Assembly (NCBI GenBank): GCA_963727445.1
Contig: CAVSGI010000009.1
Location: forward strand, 800,001 to 864,000
Direction of reading: 5' to 3'
Length of the DNA stretch: 64,000 nucleotides
DNA from: an uncultured delta proteobacterium
Lineage (GTDB): Bacteria; Myxococcota_A; Polyangia; Polyangiales; B10-G4
Shown: one piece after another, positions 50,663 through 60,369 of the stretch
How the letters are laid out: the number at the start of each line of letters is the position of its first letter
Position numbering within the stretch: position 1 is the first letter of the stretch
Position numbers and translations under genes: made by a program
Notes under the pieces: generated by a model
Told to the model about the DNA's origin: nothing
Seen by the model: only the letters and a program-made list of their open reading frames with translations
Database searches by the model: none

Positions 50663-51160
50663 ATGGCATCGGAAGAAACAACCGTAGCGGCGGACAAGGT
50701 CGTCACCATCCACTACACGTTGACCTCGGAGGAGGGGGAGGTGATCGACAAGTCGGGCTCCGATCCTCTCGAGTACCTGCACGGTCATCAAAACATCGTC
50801 CCCGGGCTCGAACGGCAGATCGCCGGCAAGAGCATGGGGGACAAGTTCCGCGCCGTGGTCGAGGCGGCGGAAGGCTATGGGGAACGGATGCCCGATGCGC
50901 GGCAGGAGATCCCCCGGAGCGCGTTTCCCGCGGACGCGCCGCTGCGCGAAGGGATCCAGCTGGCGGCCGAAGGACCCGACGGCCAGCTGATCGAGCTCTG
51001 GGTCGTCGAGGTCGGCGAGCAAGCCGTCGTCGTCGATCTGAACCACCCGCTCGCCGGCCAGAAGCTCACCTTCGACATCGAGGTCGTCTCGGTTCGAGAC
51101 GCCACCGATGAGGAGCGCTCCCACGGCCACGCCCACGGCGACGGCCACCACCACCACTGA
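50663..51160 (+). CDS. slyD: FKBP-type peptidyl-prolyl isomerase / metallochaperone SlyD
   Basis: VTIHYTL, YLHGHQNIVPGLE, DLNHPLAG, His tail HGHAHGDGHHHH. Confidence 0.93.
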   Translation: MASEETTVAADKVVTIHYTLTSEEGEVIDKSGSDPLEYLHGHQNIVPGLERQIAGKSMGDKFRAVVEAAEGYGERMPDARQEIPRSAFPADAPLREGIQLAAEGPDGQLIELWVVEVGEQAVVVDLNHPLAGQKLTFDIEVVSVRDATDEERSHGHAHGDGHHHH

Positions 51161-51179
51161 AGCGACGCGTCTCACGGGC

Positions 51180-52319
51180 ATGGACCGCACGCTCGCCCTC
51201 TCCCTCATCGACGAGTGCCTCGCCCTCGATCAGGCGAGGGCGCCTTTCATGCCGAGCGAGGAGGCGCAGATCCCGGTGGGGGAGTACGTCGACGAGGCGC
51301 GCTTCGCGCGCGAGCGCGACCGGATCTTCCGGGCCCTTCCCAACCTGGTCGCCGCGAGCACGGAGCTCGCGGAGCCGGGGGCGTTCCTCACTCGCGCGAT
51401 CGCCGGCGTGCCCGTCGTCCTGATCCGCGGCGAGGATGGCGATGCGCGCGCGTTCATCAACGTGTGCCGGCACCGCGGCGCCACCGTGGTGCTCGAAGAC
51501 CGGGGCGTCCGCCGTCGTTTCGCCTGTCCCTACCACGCGTGGACCTACGACACGAAGGGCGCGCTGGTCGTCGTCCCGCACAGCGACGGGTTTCCCTCGT
51601 TGATTCAGGCCGACAGTGGGCTCCGATCCCTGCCGTGCTTCGAGGCGAGCGGCTTCCTCTGGGTGGTGCCGAGCCCAAGCACGACCGTCGATTTTCGTGC
51701 GTTCCTCACGGAGGAGCTGCTCGCGGAGCTGGCGGGCTTCGTCGGCGAAGGGGCGCGTGTCTTCGCGTCGGAACGACGCGTCTACGACAGCAACTGGAAG
51801 ATCATCCTCGACGGGGGGCTCGAGAGCTACCACTTCCGCGTCGCCCACCGGGACACTATCGGCTCGAAGTTCATCGGCAACGGATCGATCTGGGCGCTGC
51901 TCGGCGATCACGTGCGATCGGTGCTCCCGCGCGTCTCCCTCCGAAAGCTGGCCGAGCGCCCGCGACAGCAGTGGGACATCCGACGCTGCAGCAACATCCT
52001 CTACAGCATCTTTCCCAACACCTCTGTGCTGGTGCAATCGGACCACGTCGCCCTGATCCTGGCCCAGCCGCTCACCGTCGATCGCACGGAGATCATCATT
52101 CGGACCCTCGTCCCGCCCGGCGCGGCCGAAACCGACGAGGAGAAGCTCTACTTCCAGAAGAACCACGAGCTCACCGTCCGAGCTCTAGACGAGGACTTCC
52201 GCCTCGCGGAGCAGATCCAGACGGGCCTCGGGAGCGGCGCCAACGACGCCTTCCGCCTCGCGCGTTTCGAGAGCGCGCTCCTCAGAGTGCACGAGATCAT
52301 CGACCGCTACTCGGCGTAG
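51180..52319 (+). CDS. Rieske ring-hydroxylating oxygenase alpha subunit
   Basis: NVCRHRG..CPYHAW Rieske motif; NWK..ESYH..AH and ED mononuclear Fe ligands. Confidence 0.92.
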   Translation: MDRTLALSLIDECLALDQARAPFMPSEEAQIPVGEYVDEARFARERDRIFRALPNLVAASTELAEPGAFLTRAIAGVPVVLIRGEDGDARAFINVCRHRGATVVLEDRGVRRRFACPYHAWTYDTKGALVVVPHSDGFPSLIQADSGLRSLPCFEASGFLWVVPSPSTTVDFRAFLTEELLAELAGFVGEGARVFASERRVYDSNWKIILDGGLESYHFRVAHRDTIGSKFIGNGSIWALLGDHVRSVLPRVSLRKLAERPRQQWDIRRCSNILYSIFPNTSVLVQSDHVALILAQPLTVDRTEIIIRTLVPPGAAETDEEKLYFQKNHELTVRALDEDFRLAEQIQTGLGSGANDAFRLARFESALLRVHEIIDRYSA

Positions 52320-52430
52320 CGGCGAGGCGGCCGCGGGGAAGACGGGAGGAGCGCGTGATCGATGGCGGCGACGGCCTGCGCGCTCCTTCGGCGGACAGAC
52401 CCTTCTCTGCCCTGGTGCGTCTATCGAGAG

Positions 52431-53112
52431 ATGCGATTCGCCGCCGCCGTCCTCGTCGTCCTCGTCCCCCTCGCCTCGAGCTCCGTCGCGGCGCAGACTC
52501 GCTCGCTCCCCGTCGTCTTCCACGTCGCCACCACCGGGGGTGAGCCGGTGATGAGCGCGGAAGAGGCCGATGCGTGGCTCGAGATCGCGAACGAGCACTT
52601 TCGCGAGGCCGACATCCATCTGGTCCGGGACGCGCTCCGGCCGCTGCCCGAAGGGCACGCCGAGCTCGCCGACATCCGTGCCCGGCGCCGTCTCTCACGC
52701 TTCCTCGAACCGCGCCGGATCAACGTCTTCGTCGTCGACTCGAATCCTCGACCCACACCCATCTCGCGCGACCGAGCGCGCCGCCGCGGCCCAGGGCTTC
52801 GAGCCCAGCGGACGGCTCGGCGGTGCGCACATCCTCGTCGCTGGCCGCGTCCCCGAGACCTACATCATCGTCCGCCGTGGATCCGGCCCGCTGACCCTCA
52901 CCCACGAGCTCGGTCACTTCTTCAGCGCGCCTCATCACCGCGACCCGGAGAACATCATGAGCTACGGCCGCGATCGGCACCGCTTCGACGAGCGACAAAT
53001 CCGCGCCTTCCGCTACCGCGCGCGCCGTTACCTTCGCGAGGGGACGCTTCGAGGCGTGAGCTCGTCGCCCGATGACGGGCGCGGACGCGAGACTCGGGCT
53101 CAGTCGACGTAG
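52431..53112 (+). CDS. Secreted zinc metallopeptidase-like protein; +1 frameshift near 52743
   Basis: Signal peptide (AAQ), INVFVVD, then in the next frame THELGHFFSAPH..NIMSY (metzincin-like motif and Met-turn). Confidence 0.72.
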
Positions 53113-54186
53113 CCGAGCGCGATGTCGGTCAACGCGGGCGCCATCTCCGAGCTCATCGTCCAGGAGGAGAGATCCGCGGAGACGAACATGCGCCCAGCCC
53201 AGCGCGTGCCGACGTAGACGCCGATTCCGTATTCGAGCGCGCCGGGTGGGCGCTCGCCGTCGACGTGCGTCCAATCGCGGCCGTTGGTCGAGCGATAGAA
53301 GCCTGCGCCGTCCGCGATGATGAACTCACCGTTTTCGAACTCGACGCCTTCGAGATCGGCGCCGAGGGTGTAGTCGTCCCAGCTCTCTCCGTCGGCGGTG
53401 ACCGAAACCGAGTCGGTGGCGCGCGCCACGAACACGCCGTTGCCGAAGGCGATGGAGCCGTAACCCGGGCCGCTCGTGCGAATGTCGCTCCAGGTGGTGC
53501 CGTCCGCGGTCCAGGCGCTGATCCCCATGTCCGGCGAGCCGCCGTAGGTGTGGCCCACCGCGATGGCGATGCCGTTGCCCGCGGCCAGCGCGCGGTAGTG
53601 GCCGGCGAAGTACGTGCTCTCTTCCGTCCAGGTCGCCGCGCCGTCGATGGAGCGCACGCGGTAGCCGTTGCCGCCGGCCGCCACCCACACTCCGTCGAGG
53701 TGTACCGCGTCGCTCAAGAACCCGCGGTCCTGGTTCTCGACCGTCGCGTTGGTCCACGCGACGCCGTCGGGAGACGTCATGATCTGATTGCCGACCGCGA
53801 CGAAGATCCCGTCGGCCCAGCCGACCCCGCGGAGCAGGGTCGGGTCGTCGCCGCCGGCGGGATCGACGATTCTGATGGTTCTCCCAGAGCATCCCGTCAT
53901 CCGAGGTCGTTCGGTGCGTGCCGTACCCGACGGCGACGAACCTCGGGGTCCCGGTGGGCATGGTCCCGGTGTCGATGGGCGGGGTCCCGGTGTCACCAGT
54001 GACCGACGTATCGGACGTGCTCGAATCCGCGGCAGGGGTGCCGGTGTCGCCGGACTCCGCGTCGCTGGCGTCGCCCCCATCTCCCGCGTCTCCGGCGTCG
54101 GCTGGCGCTCCGTCATCACCGCATGCGGCGAGCGACGACGCCACGGCGAGGAGCAAAGCGAGCGCGACCCGATCTCTTCTGAGCAT
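53100..54186 (-). CDS. BNR/beta-propeller-like lipoprotein; +1 frameshift near 53870
   Basis: Lipobox AAC-GDD, DAG/DTG linker, FVAVG and S.DG..W repeats continuing across the frameshift. Confidence 0.75.
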
Positions 54187-54280
54187 CCGTCGAGATTACC
54201 GCGGCGGTCGGCGTTTCGGGTGGTCGATGATAGGATGCGCCCGCCCCCATATGCCTGAGTCTCTTCCGAGGAGGTCCGCC

Positions 54281-55102
54281 ATGAACCGAGCATTCGCTCT
54301 CGCGCTGCTCGTCGTCTCGATGCTCGCGCCCACCGTCGCGTCTGCACACTTCAAGCTGGTCGCACCCGCCTGCTACTCGGAGCAGGACGCGCTCGGCACA
54401 CCTCTGAAGAGCGCACCCTGTGGCCAGGCCGATCCCGGCAATCCGGTGGTCGAGACCGGTGACGTGACGATGCTGGTTCAGGGCGGGATGCTCACAGTCA
54501 CCATCGAAGAGACCATCACCCATCCCGGTCACTACCGGATCTCCATCGCCCCCGACATGGCGTCGCTCCCCGACAATCCTCCGGTCACGCCGGGCTCGAC
54601 CGCTTGCGGCTCGACGGTGATCGATCCCGACCCGAGCCTTCCGGTGCTCGCGGACGGCGTCTTCATGCACACCATGTCCTTCAGCGGACCGCAAACCATC
54701 GAAATCCCGCTCCCCCCGGACTTCACCTGCGACAACTGCGTGGTGCAGGTGGCCGAGTTCATGTCCAACCACGGGCTCAACGATCCTGGCGGCTGCTTCT
54801 ATCATCACTGCGCGAACGTGACGGTCACGCCCGCTGCTGGCGACGCCGGCACCCCGGACGGCGGCGGCATGTCCGATGGCGGCGGTATGAGCGACGGAGG
54901 CGGGACGCCGGACGGCAGCACGGCGGACGGCAGCACGGTCCCCGACGGATCGGCCATGTCCGACGGCTCCACCACCATGACCAGCGACTCGGGATGCGGA
55001 TGCCGGGTCGGCGCTCCCGCGCGCCGCGCTCACGGATTCGCCTTCGGCGCGTTCCTGCTCGCGCTGGCGCTCGGCCGCGCCCTCGTCAGACGGCGGGGCT
55101 GA
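54281..55102 (+). CDS. SCE4755-like polysaccharide monooxygenase-like protein with MYXO-CTERM-type anchor
   Basis: Signal ASA|H giving an N-terminal His; PCG, ETITHPGHYRI, CDNC..Q, YHHCA; DGG linker; SGCGCRVG plus TM and RRRG. Confidence 0.8.
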   Translation: MNRAFALALLVVSMLAPTVASAHFKLVAPACYSEQDALGTPLKSAPCGQADPGNPVVETGDVTMLVQGGMLTVTIEETITHPGHYRISIAPDMASLPDNPPVTPGSTACGSTVIDPDPSLPVLADGVFMHTMSFSGPQTIEIPLPPDFTCDNCVVQVAEFMSNHGLNDPGGCFYHHCANVTVTPAAGDAGTPDGGGMSDGGGMSDGGGTPDGSTADGSTVPDGSAMSDGSTTMTSDSGCGCRVGAPARRAHGFAFGAFLLALALGRALVRRRG

Positions 55103-55124
55103 CCCCAGCGATTCGGTCCGTTCA

Positions 55125-55545
55125 ATGGACTGGCAGGTTCATCCCCACGATCCGCTCACCGAGCTCGCCGACAACCTCCTCCGGGTCGAGGGCGCGCTTC
55201 CGAAGATGGCGCTCCGGCGGCAGATGATCGTCGCGCGCAACGGCGACGGTCGCCTGCTCATCCACAACGCGATCGCCCTCGAAGAAGAGGGCATGGCCCG
55301 CATCGACGACGCCGGGGCTCTTCGGCGCGATCTACGAGCTCCTCGGGCAGTCCGGTCGCCCGAAGGTCACCCTCCTCACCAGGCTCTCGATGGTGAAGGA
55401 CAGGCGCGCCTACGCCGACCACCTGAGACGCCTCGCGGACACGCCGGATCTCGTCCGGGTGATCCCGGGACACGTCACCCCCATCGTGGACGACGCCGCC
55501 GGCGTGCTCCGGGGCGTCGCTGACGAGCTCGCGCCTGCGCGCTGA
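55125..55545 (+). pseudogene. DUF4336-like (MBL-fold) gene with internal deletion and frameshift
   Basis: N-terminal PLTELADNL..RQMIVAR..LLIHNAI in one frame and C-terminal ..VKDRRAY..LVRVIPGH..ADEL in another; joined at about 55308 with the middle missing. Confidence 0.65.
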
Positions 55546-55552
55546 GGCGTGC

Positions 55553-58500
55553 TCACGGCCCAGCCCCCGCCTCCAACTCCTCGAAAAGCGCGCGCGCACC
55601 GGCGTCTTCCGGATCGATGAAGAGCACGCGGCCGAGGGCGGCGCGCGCTGCGTCTTCGTCTCCGCGACCACGTTCGGCGACCGCCAGATCGAAGAGGAGG
55701 TCGGTGTCGTAGGGGTGGTAGGCGAGCCCGGCGCGGAGGACGCTGGCCGCCTCCTCGGGGCGGCGACGCCCCAGGTTCAGCCGTCCCAGGAGCACACTCG
55801 CTTCGCGGCTGCGCGGGTCGAGGCGGAGCGCCTCTCGGAGCTCCGATTCCGGGCTCATGTTTCTGCGGGGCTTTGCCATCAGCGCGAGGGCGAGCCCGGT
55901 GTGCGCTTCGGCCAGCGAGCCGTCGGCGTCGATGGCGCGTTCGAAGGCGAAGACGGCGCGATCCGTGAGCTCCTGCGCCACGAGGGCGCGTCCGAGATCG
56001 ATTTGGATGAGCGGATCGTTCGGGTCGCGCCGCAGCGCGGCGTGGTAGGCGTCGCTCGCGCCTTCGTAGTCGCCCTCGGCGGCGCGGACCAGACCGAGGT
56101 GCAGCCAGAGCTTGGGATCGTCGGCATGTCCCGTCGCCTCCTCGAGGAAGGTCTCCGCGTCGCCCAGGGCGCCGTGCAAGAGGAGCCCGGCCGCGACCTC
56201 GAGGAGGCGTTCGGGATCGTCGCGGTAGCGTTCGCCGAGCGCGTGGTAGTAGGGAAGGCCTTCACGCATCGCCGCCTCGAACATGGGCGGCTTCGCGCAC
56301 CCTTCGCAGATCTCGGCGGCGCGCGCGAGGTGCCCGGCCAAGAGGAGCCCCTGAGCAGCCCATCGCCGATGCATCTCGTCGCGCAGCGGCGCCATGGCGG
56401 CTGCATCGAGGGGGGCCTCCTCCGGCGCGAAGGCTTCGAGGAGACGGTCTGGCGTCATGGGCGCGGCGTCGGTGTAGTGTGTGACGAACTGCACCAGCGG
56501 GTGGTCGTCGGTGTTGCGCGGCAGGCCGCGGGCCCATGCGTCGAGGGTCGCGGGGCCTGCGTGCAGGCATTCGAGCACCTCCGTCGTGGTGCCGAGGCCC
56601 CAGGGCGCGAGCGCCTCGCGCACCGCGGGCGCGGCGAGGCGCGCCGCGATCCGGGCGGGATCGATCGGTGCGCCCTCGGTGGTGGCGACCAGAAGCGAGT
56701 ACGCCGATTGGCCGTAGGGCTCGAAGCCCACGTTGTTCCAGAGGGTGGCCTCTTCGAAGGTGTCGGCGAAGGTGCCCACCAGGATCCGGGAATTCGTCCA
56801 CGGACAGCCCGTGCAGCGGTAGCCACTGCACGAGCACGCCGCCCGGCGCGAGACGTGCCCGCGCCGTCTCGTATAGCTCGCGGGTGTAGAGGATCCAGCT
56901 GTCCACCGCTCTCGGATGCGTGGAGTCGAGCACGATCACGTCGTAGCGCCGCTCCGCGGTACGCAGGTGCGCGCGCCCGTCGTCGATCACCAGCGACACC
57001 CGCGGGTCGTCCAGCACGTCGCCGTTGAGATCGGAGAAAGCGCGTGCGCCGTATCGCACCGCGGGCTCGAGATCGACGATGGTGATCCGCTCCACGTCCT
57101 GGTGCGCGGCGACCGCGCCCGCGGCCAGTCCACCGCCGAGGCAGATGACGGCCACGTCGCGCGGCGCCGGGTGAAGAAGCAAGCCGAGGTGGCCGAGGAG
57201 CATGAAGCTCTGATCGTGAACCAGCCGCGTCGTCACCTCGTTGATGCCGTTGACGAAGATCTGCCGCTCGCCATTGATCTGGTTCCTGGCGACGGCGACG
57301 GTCGCGCTGCGTCCTTCCTCGTAGACGACGAGGGTCTGATGGGCCGGGCCGATCTTCCTGGAGAGGATCCGTCGCGGCAGCTCGGCGGGGAGGAGCAGCC
57401 AGGCGACGACGAAGGCGACGAGAGCGCCCGTCGCGAGGCGCGGGCCGCGCCGATACCCGAGGGTGACGGCCGCGACCGTGGGGGCGAGCGCGAGAAGCCC
57501 GGTGGTCCACTGGATCGTCGCGAAGGGGATCAGGACGAGCGATGTCACGAGCGGTCCGAGGAGCGTGCCCGCCGTGTTCGCTGCCAGTACTTCGGCCGAC
57601 GCCCTGCCTCCGCCCTCTCCCGGATGGCGCGCGATCAGGGCCGGCAAGAGCGCGCCTGCCACGGCCGTGGGCGGGACGATGGTGGCGAGGGCGAAGATCC
57701 CTTGAAGCGCGATCCCCCGCTCATGGCTTCGGCTGAGCGGCAGAGAGCTCTCGACGCCGAAGAGGTCGAGGCCGTCTTCGAGATAGAGGCGTCCTACCAG
57801 GGCGAGGCAGAGGATCGCCGCCACGCCGAGGGCGCCGAAGAGCGTGAGCAGGACGCCCTCGCGCACTCGGATCCGATCGGGCAACGCCCGAAGCACGCCC
57901 GCGCCGGTGGCGAGCCCCACCAGCACCGACGCGAGCATCGCGCTGAACGCGTGGACGTCGTGACCGAAGACGAGGAGGAAGAGCCGCGTCCACACCGTCT
58001 CGAGGCCCAGCACCACGAAGCCGCACACGAAGGCGAGCACCAGAATGGTACGGCGGCTCTCGGGGCGCGGGCGTGTGTCCGGGTCCCGCGTCGTCGCTGG
58101 CGCGCGCTCGGGATTCACGAACGCGAGCGCGAGCGCCACGGCGCCGACGCCGAGGTCGATGAAGGCCGCGAGCTGGTTCGTGGCCCGAACGCCCCAAGCG
58201 CCCAGCAGGAAGTAGCCCGCGATGGCGGAGCCGAGCGCAGCGCCGGCGGTGTTGAGCGCGTAGATGGCGCTCGCCGCGCGTCCCACGCGGTCCCCTGCAT
58301 CGCCCAGCCGCACTTCCGCTGCCCGCACCAGGGCGGGGAGCGTCGCGCCGAGCGCGAGGGAGGGGATGAGGACAACCGTCGTCGCGATGCCGAGGCGAAC
58401 GACGAACGAGCTCCAGCCCGGACCGAGCGCCGAGAGGATGGGGAGTGACCAGGTCTCGGCCGAAGCGGCGAGGGTGGGGACGGCCAGGGCGATCCCCCCG

Positions 58501-58760
58501 AGAAGCAGCTCGAGCCCGGCGTAGAGACGCAAGGGGTCGACGCGATCGGCCCAGCGCCCGACGAGCAGCGCACCACCGCCCATCCCGCCCATCACCGCCG
58601 CGAGGACGGCGGCGGTGGCAAACGACGCATTGCCCAGGACCACCGCGAGGAGGCGGTGCCACACGACCTCGTAGGTGAGCCCGGCGAGCCCCGACGCGAA
58701 GCAGAGAGACAAGAGCAGTGCCCGCGCCACGCGCGCTCGTCGCGTCATCGGACCAGGCAC
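55553..58760 (-). CDS. Fused membrane domain / spermidine synthase-like methyltransferase with TPRs; +1 frameshift near 56789
   Basis: SGLAGLTYEVVW, YALNTAG, VICLGGG, DDGR..YDVIVLD, LYTRE, VQWLP; removing one base joins it to ORF 55553-56779 (NTDDHP, TPRs). Confidence 0.85.
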
Positions 58761-58767
58761 GACTCAC

Positions 58768-59637
58768 TCAGCGCAAGAGCGCGTTCAGGGCAGAGGTGAC
58801 CTCGCACCCCTCGCGGCGGGGAAGCAACAGCCGCGTGCGCCGGCCGAAGACATAGACGTGGTCTTCTCCGTTGGTCAGGCCGGTGCGCAGGGTCGACAGC
58901 GGCAGCCGGCAGACCTTTTCGTCACGACGTCGCACGTACACGTGGCTCACCGACACCACGACCTCGTGGGGATGCTCGCGCCAGGGGTAGTCGGGAGAGG
59001 ACGCGAGCCAGTCGAGCATCGCCTCGAAGGGTTTGGCGGCGCCCCGCCGCGCGAGGATCTCCTCTGCCGGTGCTTCCTTCGCGCTCAGCCGATAGCCGCC
59101 GCGCGTTTCGGTGTCGTCGATGCGCTCGTCGGGGAAGAGCCCCACCTCTTCCCAGGAGACATCGGGTGCGTCGAGCCAGCCGCGTTTGGCCACGTGGGGG
59201 AATCGCTCCGCGAGGTGATCGAAGACCCCCGCCACCGTCTCTGCCCACGCTTCGCGCTCCTTGTCGAAGCGCGGCTCGAAGCGGCGGCGCGACGCTCCAT
59301 AGGGGTGGCGCCACTCGATCTCGATCCCCGGCCACGGATCGACCGCGGCCACCTCGGCGATGTCCTTGAAACGGTAGACGGCCTGATGGACGCCCGCCCC
59401 CATCGAAAAGCCGGTCGGCTCGAGGCGGATGTCGTCGGGCCGGAGCTTAACGGTCGAGAGCCGTTCGGTCCCGCCGGAGGAGGGCACGAAGACCATCCCG
59501 CCCGGCCCCCGGCGATCGGTCTCGAATCGCGAGCCGTCCTCTTGGCGCTTCTTGCGCTCGCGCTGCTCCTCGGCCCACCGCTCGAGCTTCTCGGTGACCG
59601 CGAAGCGCCCCTTGTCCGCGTCGCTCGGCTTCGCCAT
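58768..59637 (-). CDS. Hypothetical protein
   Basis: 289 aa ORF coupled to the upstream stop; contains a GGYR motif. Confidence 0.6.
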   Translation of the reverse strand: MAKPSDADKGRFAVTEKLERWAEEQRERKKRQEDGSRFETDRRGPGGMVFVPSSGGTERLSTVKLRPDDIRLEPTGFSMGAGVHQAVYRFKDIAEVAAVDPWPGIEIEWRHPYGASRRRFEPRFDKEREAWAETVAGVFDHLAERFPHVAKRGWLDAPDVSWEEVGLFPDERIDDTETRGGYRLSAKEAPAEEILARRGAAKPFEAMLDWLASSPDYPWREHPHEVVVSVSHVYVRRRDEKVCRLPLSTLRTGLTNGEDHVYVFGRRTRLLLPRREGCEVTSALNALLR

Positions 59638-60269
59638 CAGTTCGTGAGCGAGAGGGTCGCGACCTCGGTGGTCGCACCCTCTTCGAGATCGACGTTGAAG
59701 GTTCCGAGCACCTCTCCGCCGAGCGCGATGGTGACGCTCCCCGTCGTGGTGTGGGCGCCTTCGTCGGGCTCCTCACCCGAGGCGGCTTCCGCCGCCGCCT
59801 CCGCCTCCTCTTCCTCCGCGCAGCTCGCGACGTGCGCCAGACTCAGACGGAGCTCGCCGCTCAAGGGCGTGGTCCAGGCCGCGCTCTCGATGCGGGGGTG
59901 GGCTTCGTCTGACCCGCAGCCACCGTGACCGGAGTGGGTGTCGGGGCTCGGCAGATCGTCGGCGCCCTGACTCGTGACCACCAGATCGAGATCCGACGCG
60001 TCGCCCCAGGTCGCCACGATGGAGACCACGCCCTGGCCGTAGCCACAGCCTTCGTCAATCTTCCCGTCACAGTCCTCGTCCAGGGCATCGCAGCGCTCAT
60101 CGGCACCTTCTTCACAGGCGAGCGCGAGGAGGGTGACCCCCTCGGCCGCCGTGACGGTGCCCCGCTGAACGCTCCGCGGCGGGGGGGCGCCTCCCGTGGT
60201 GGTCGAGCTCTGGGTGGACCCACACGCGAAGGCGAGGAGCAGGGCCGGCAACACGCGCGTCACGGACAT
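59637..60269 (-). CDS. Lipoprotein with MopE-type putative metal-binding motif
   Basis: Lipobox AFAC; ERCDALDEDCDGKIDEGC; W..DLDL.V segment. Confidence 0.7.
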   Translation of the reverse strand: MSVTRVLPALLLAFACGSTQSSTTTGGAPPPRSVQRGTVTAAEGVTLLALACEEGADERCDALDEDCDGKIDEGCGYGQGVVSIVATWGDASDLDLVVTSQGADDLPSPDTHSGHGGCGSDEAHPRIESAAWTTPLSGELRLSLAHVASCAEEEEAEAAAEAASGEEPDEGAHTTTGSVTIALGGEVLGTFNVDLEEGATTEVATLSLTN

Positions 60270-60369
60270 GGGCCGGGAGCCTAGCAGATCGGCAATAAAT
60301 CTCGGCGATTCGCCCTCCGGGTGCCTCGAAGGTTGCGTTTCGCGACGCTTTGAGACAGTACGCCGCCCC

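Noticed and set aside
11985..58760. Programmed frameshifting or true pseudogenes for the five broken genes
   Set aside because: No slippery sequences and no other decay; association with GATC points to sequencing error
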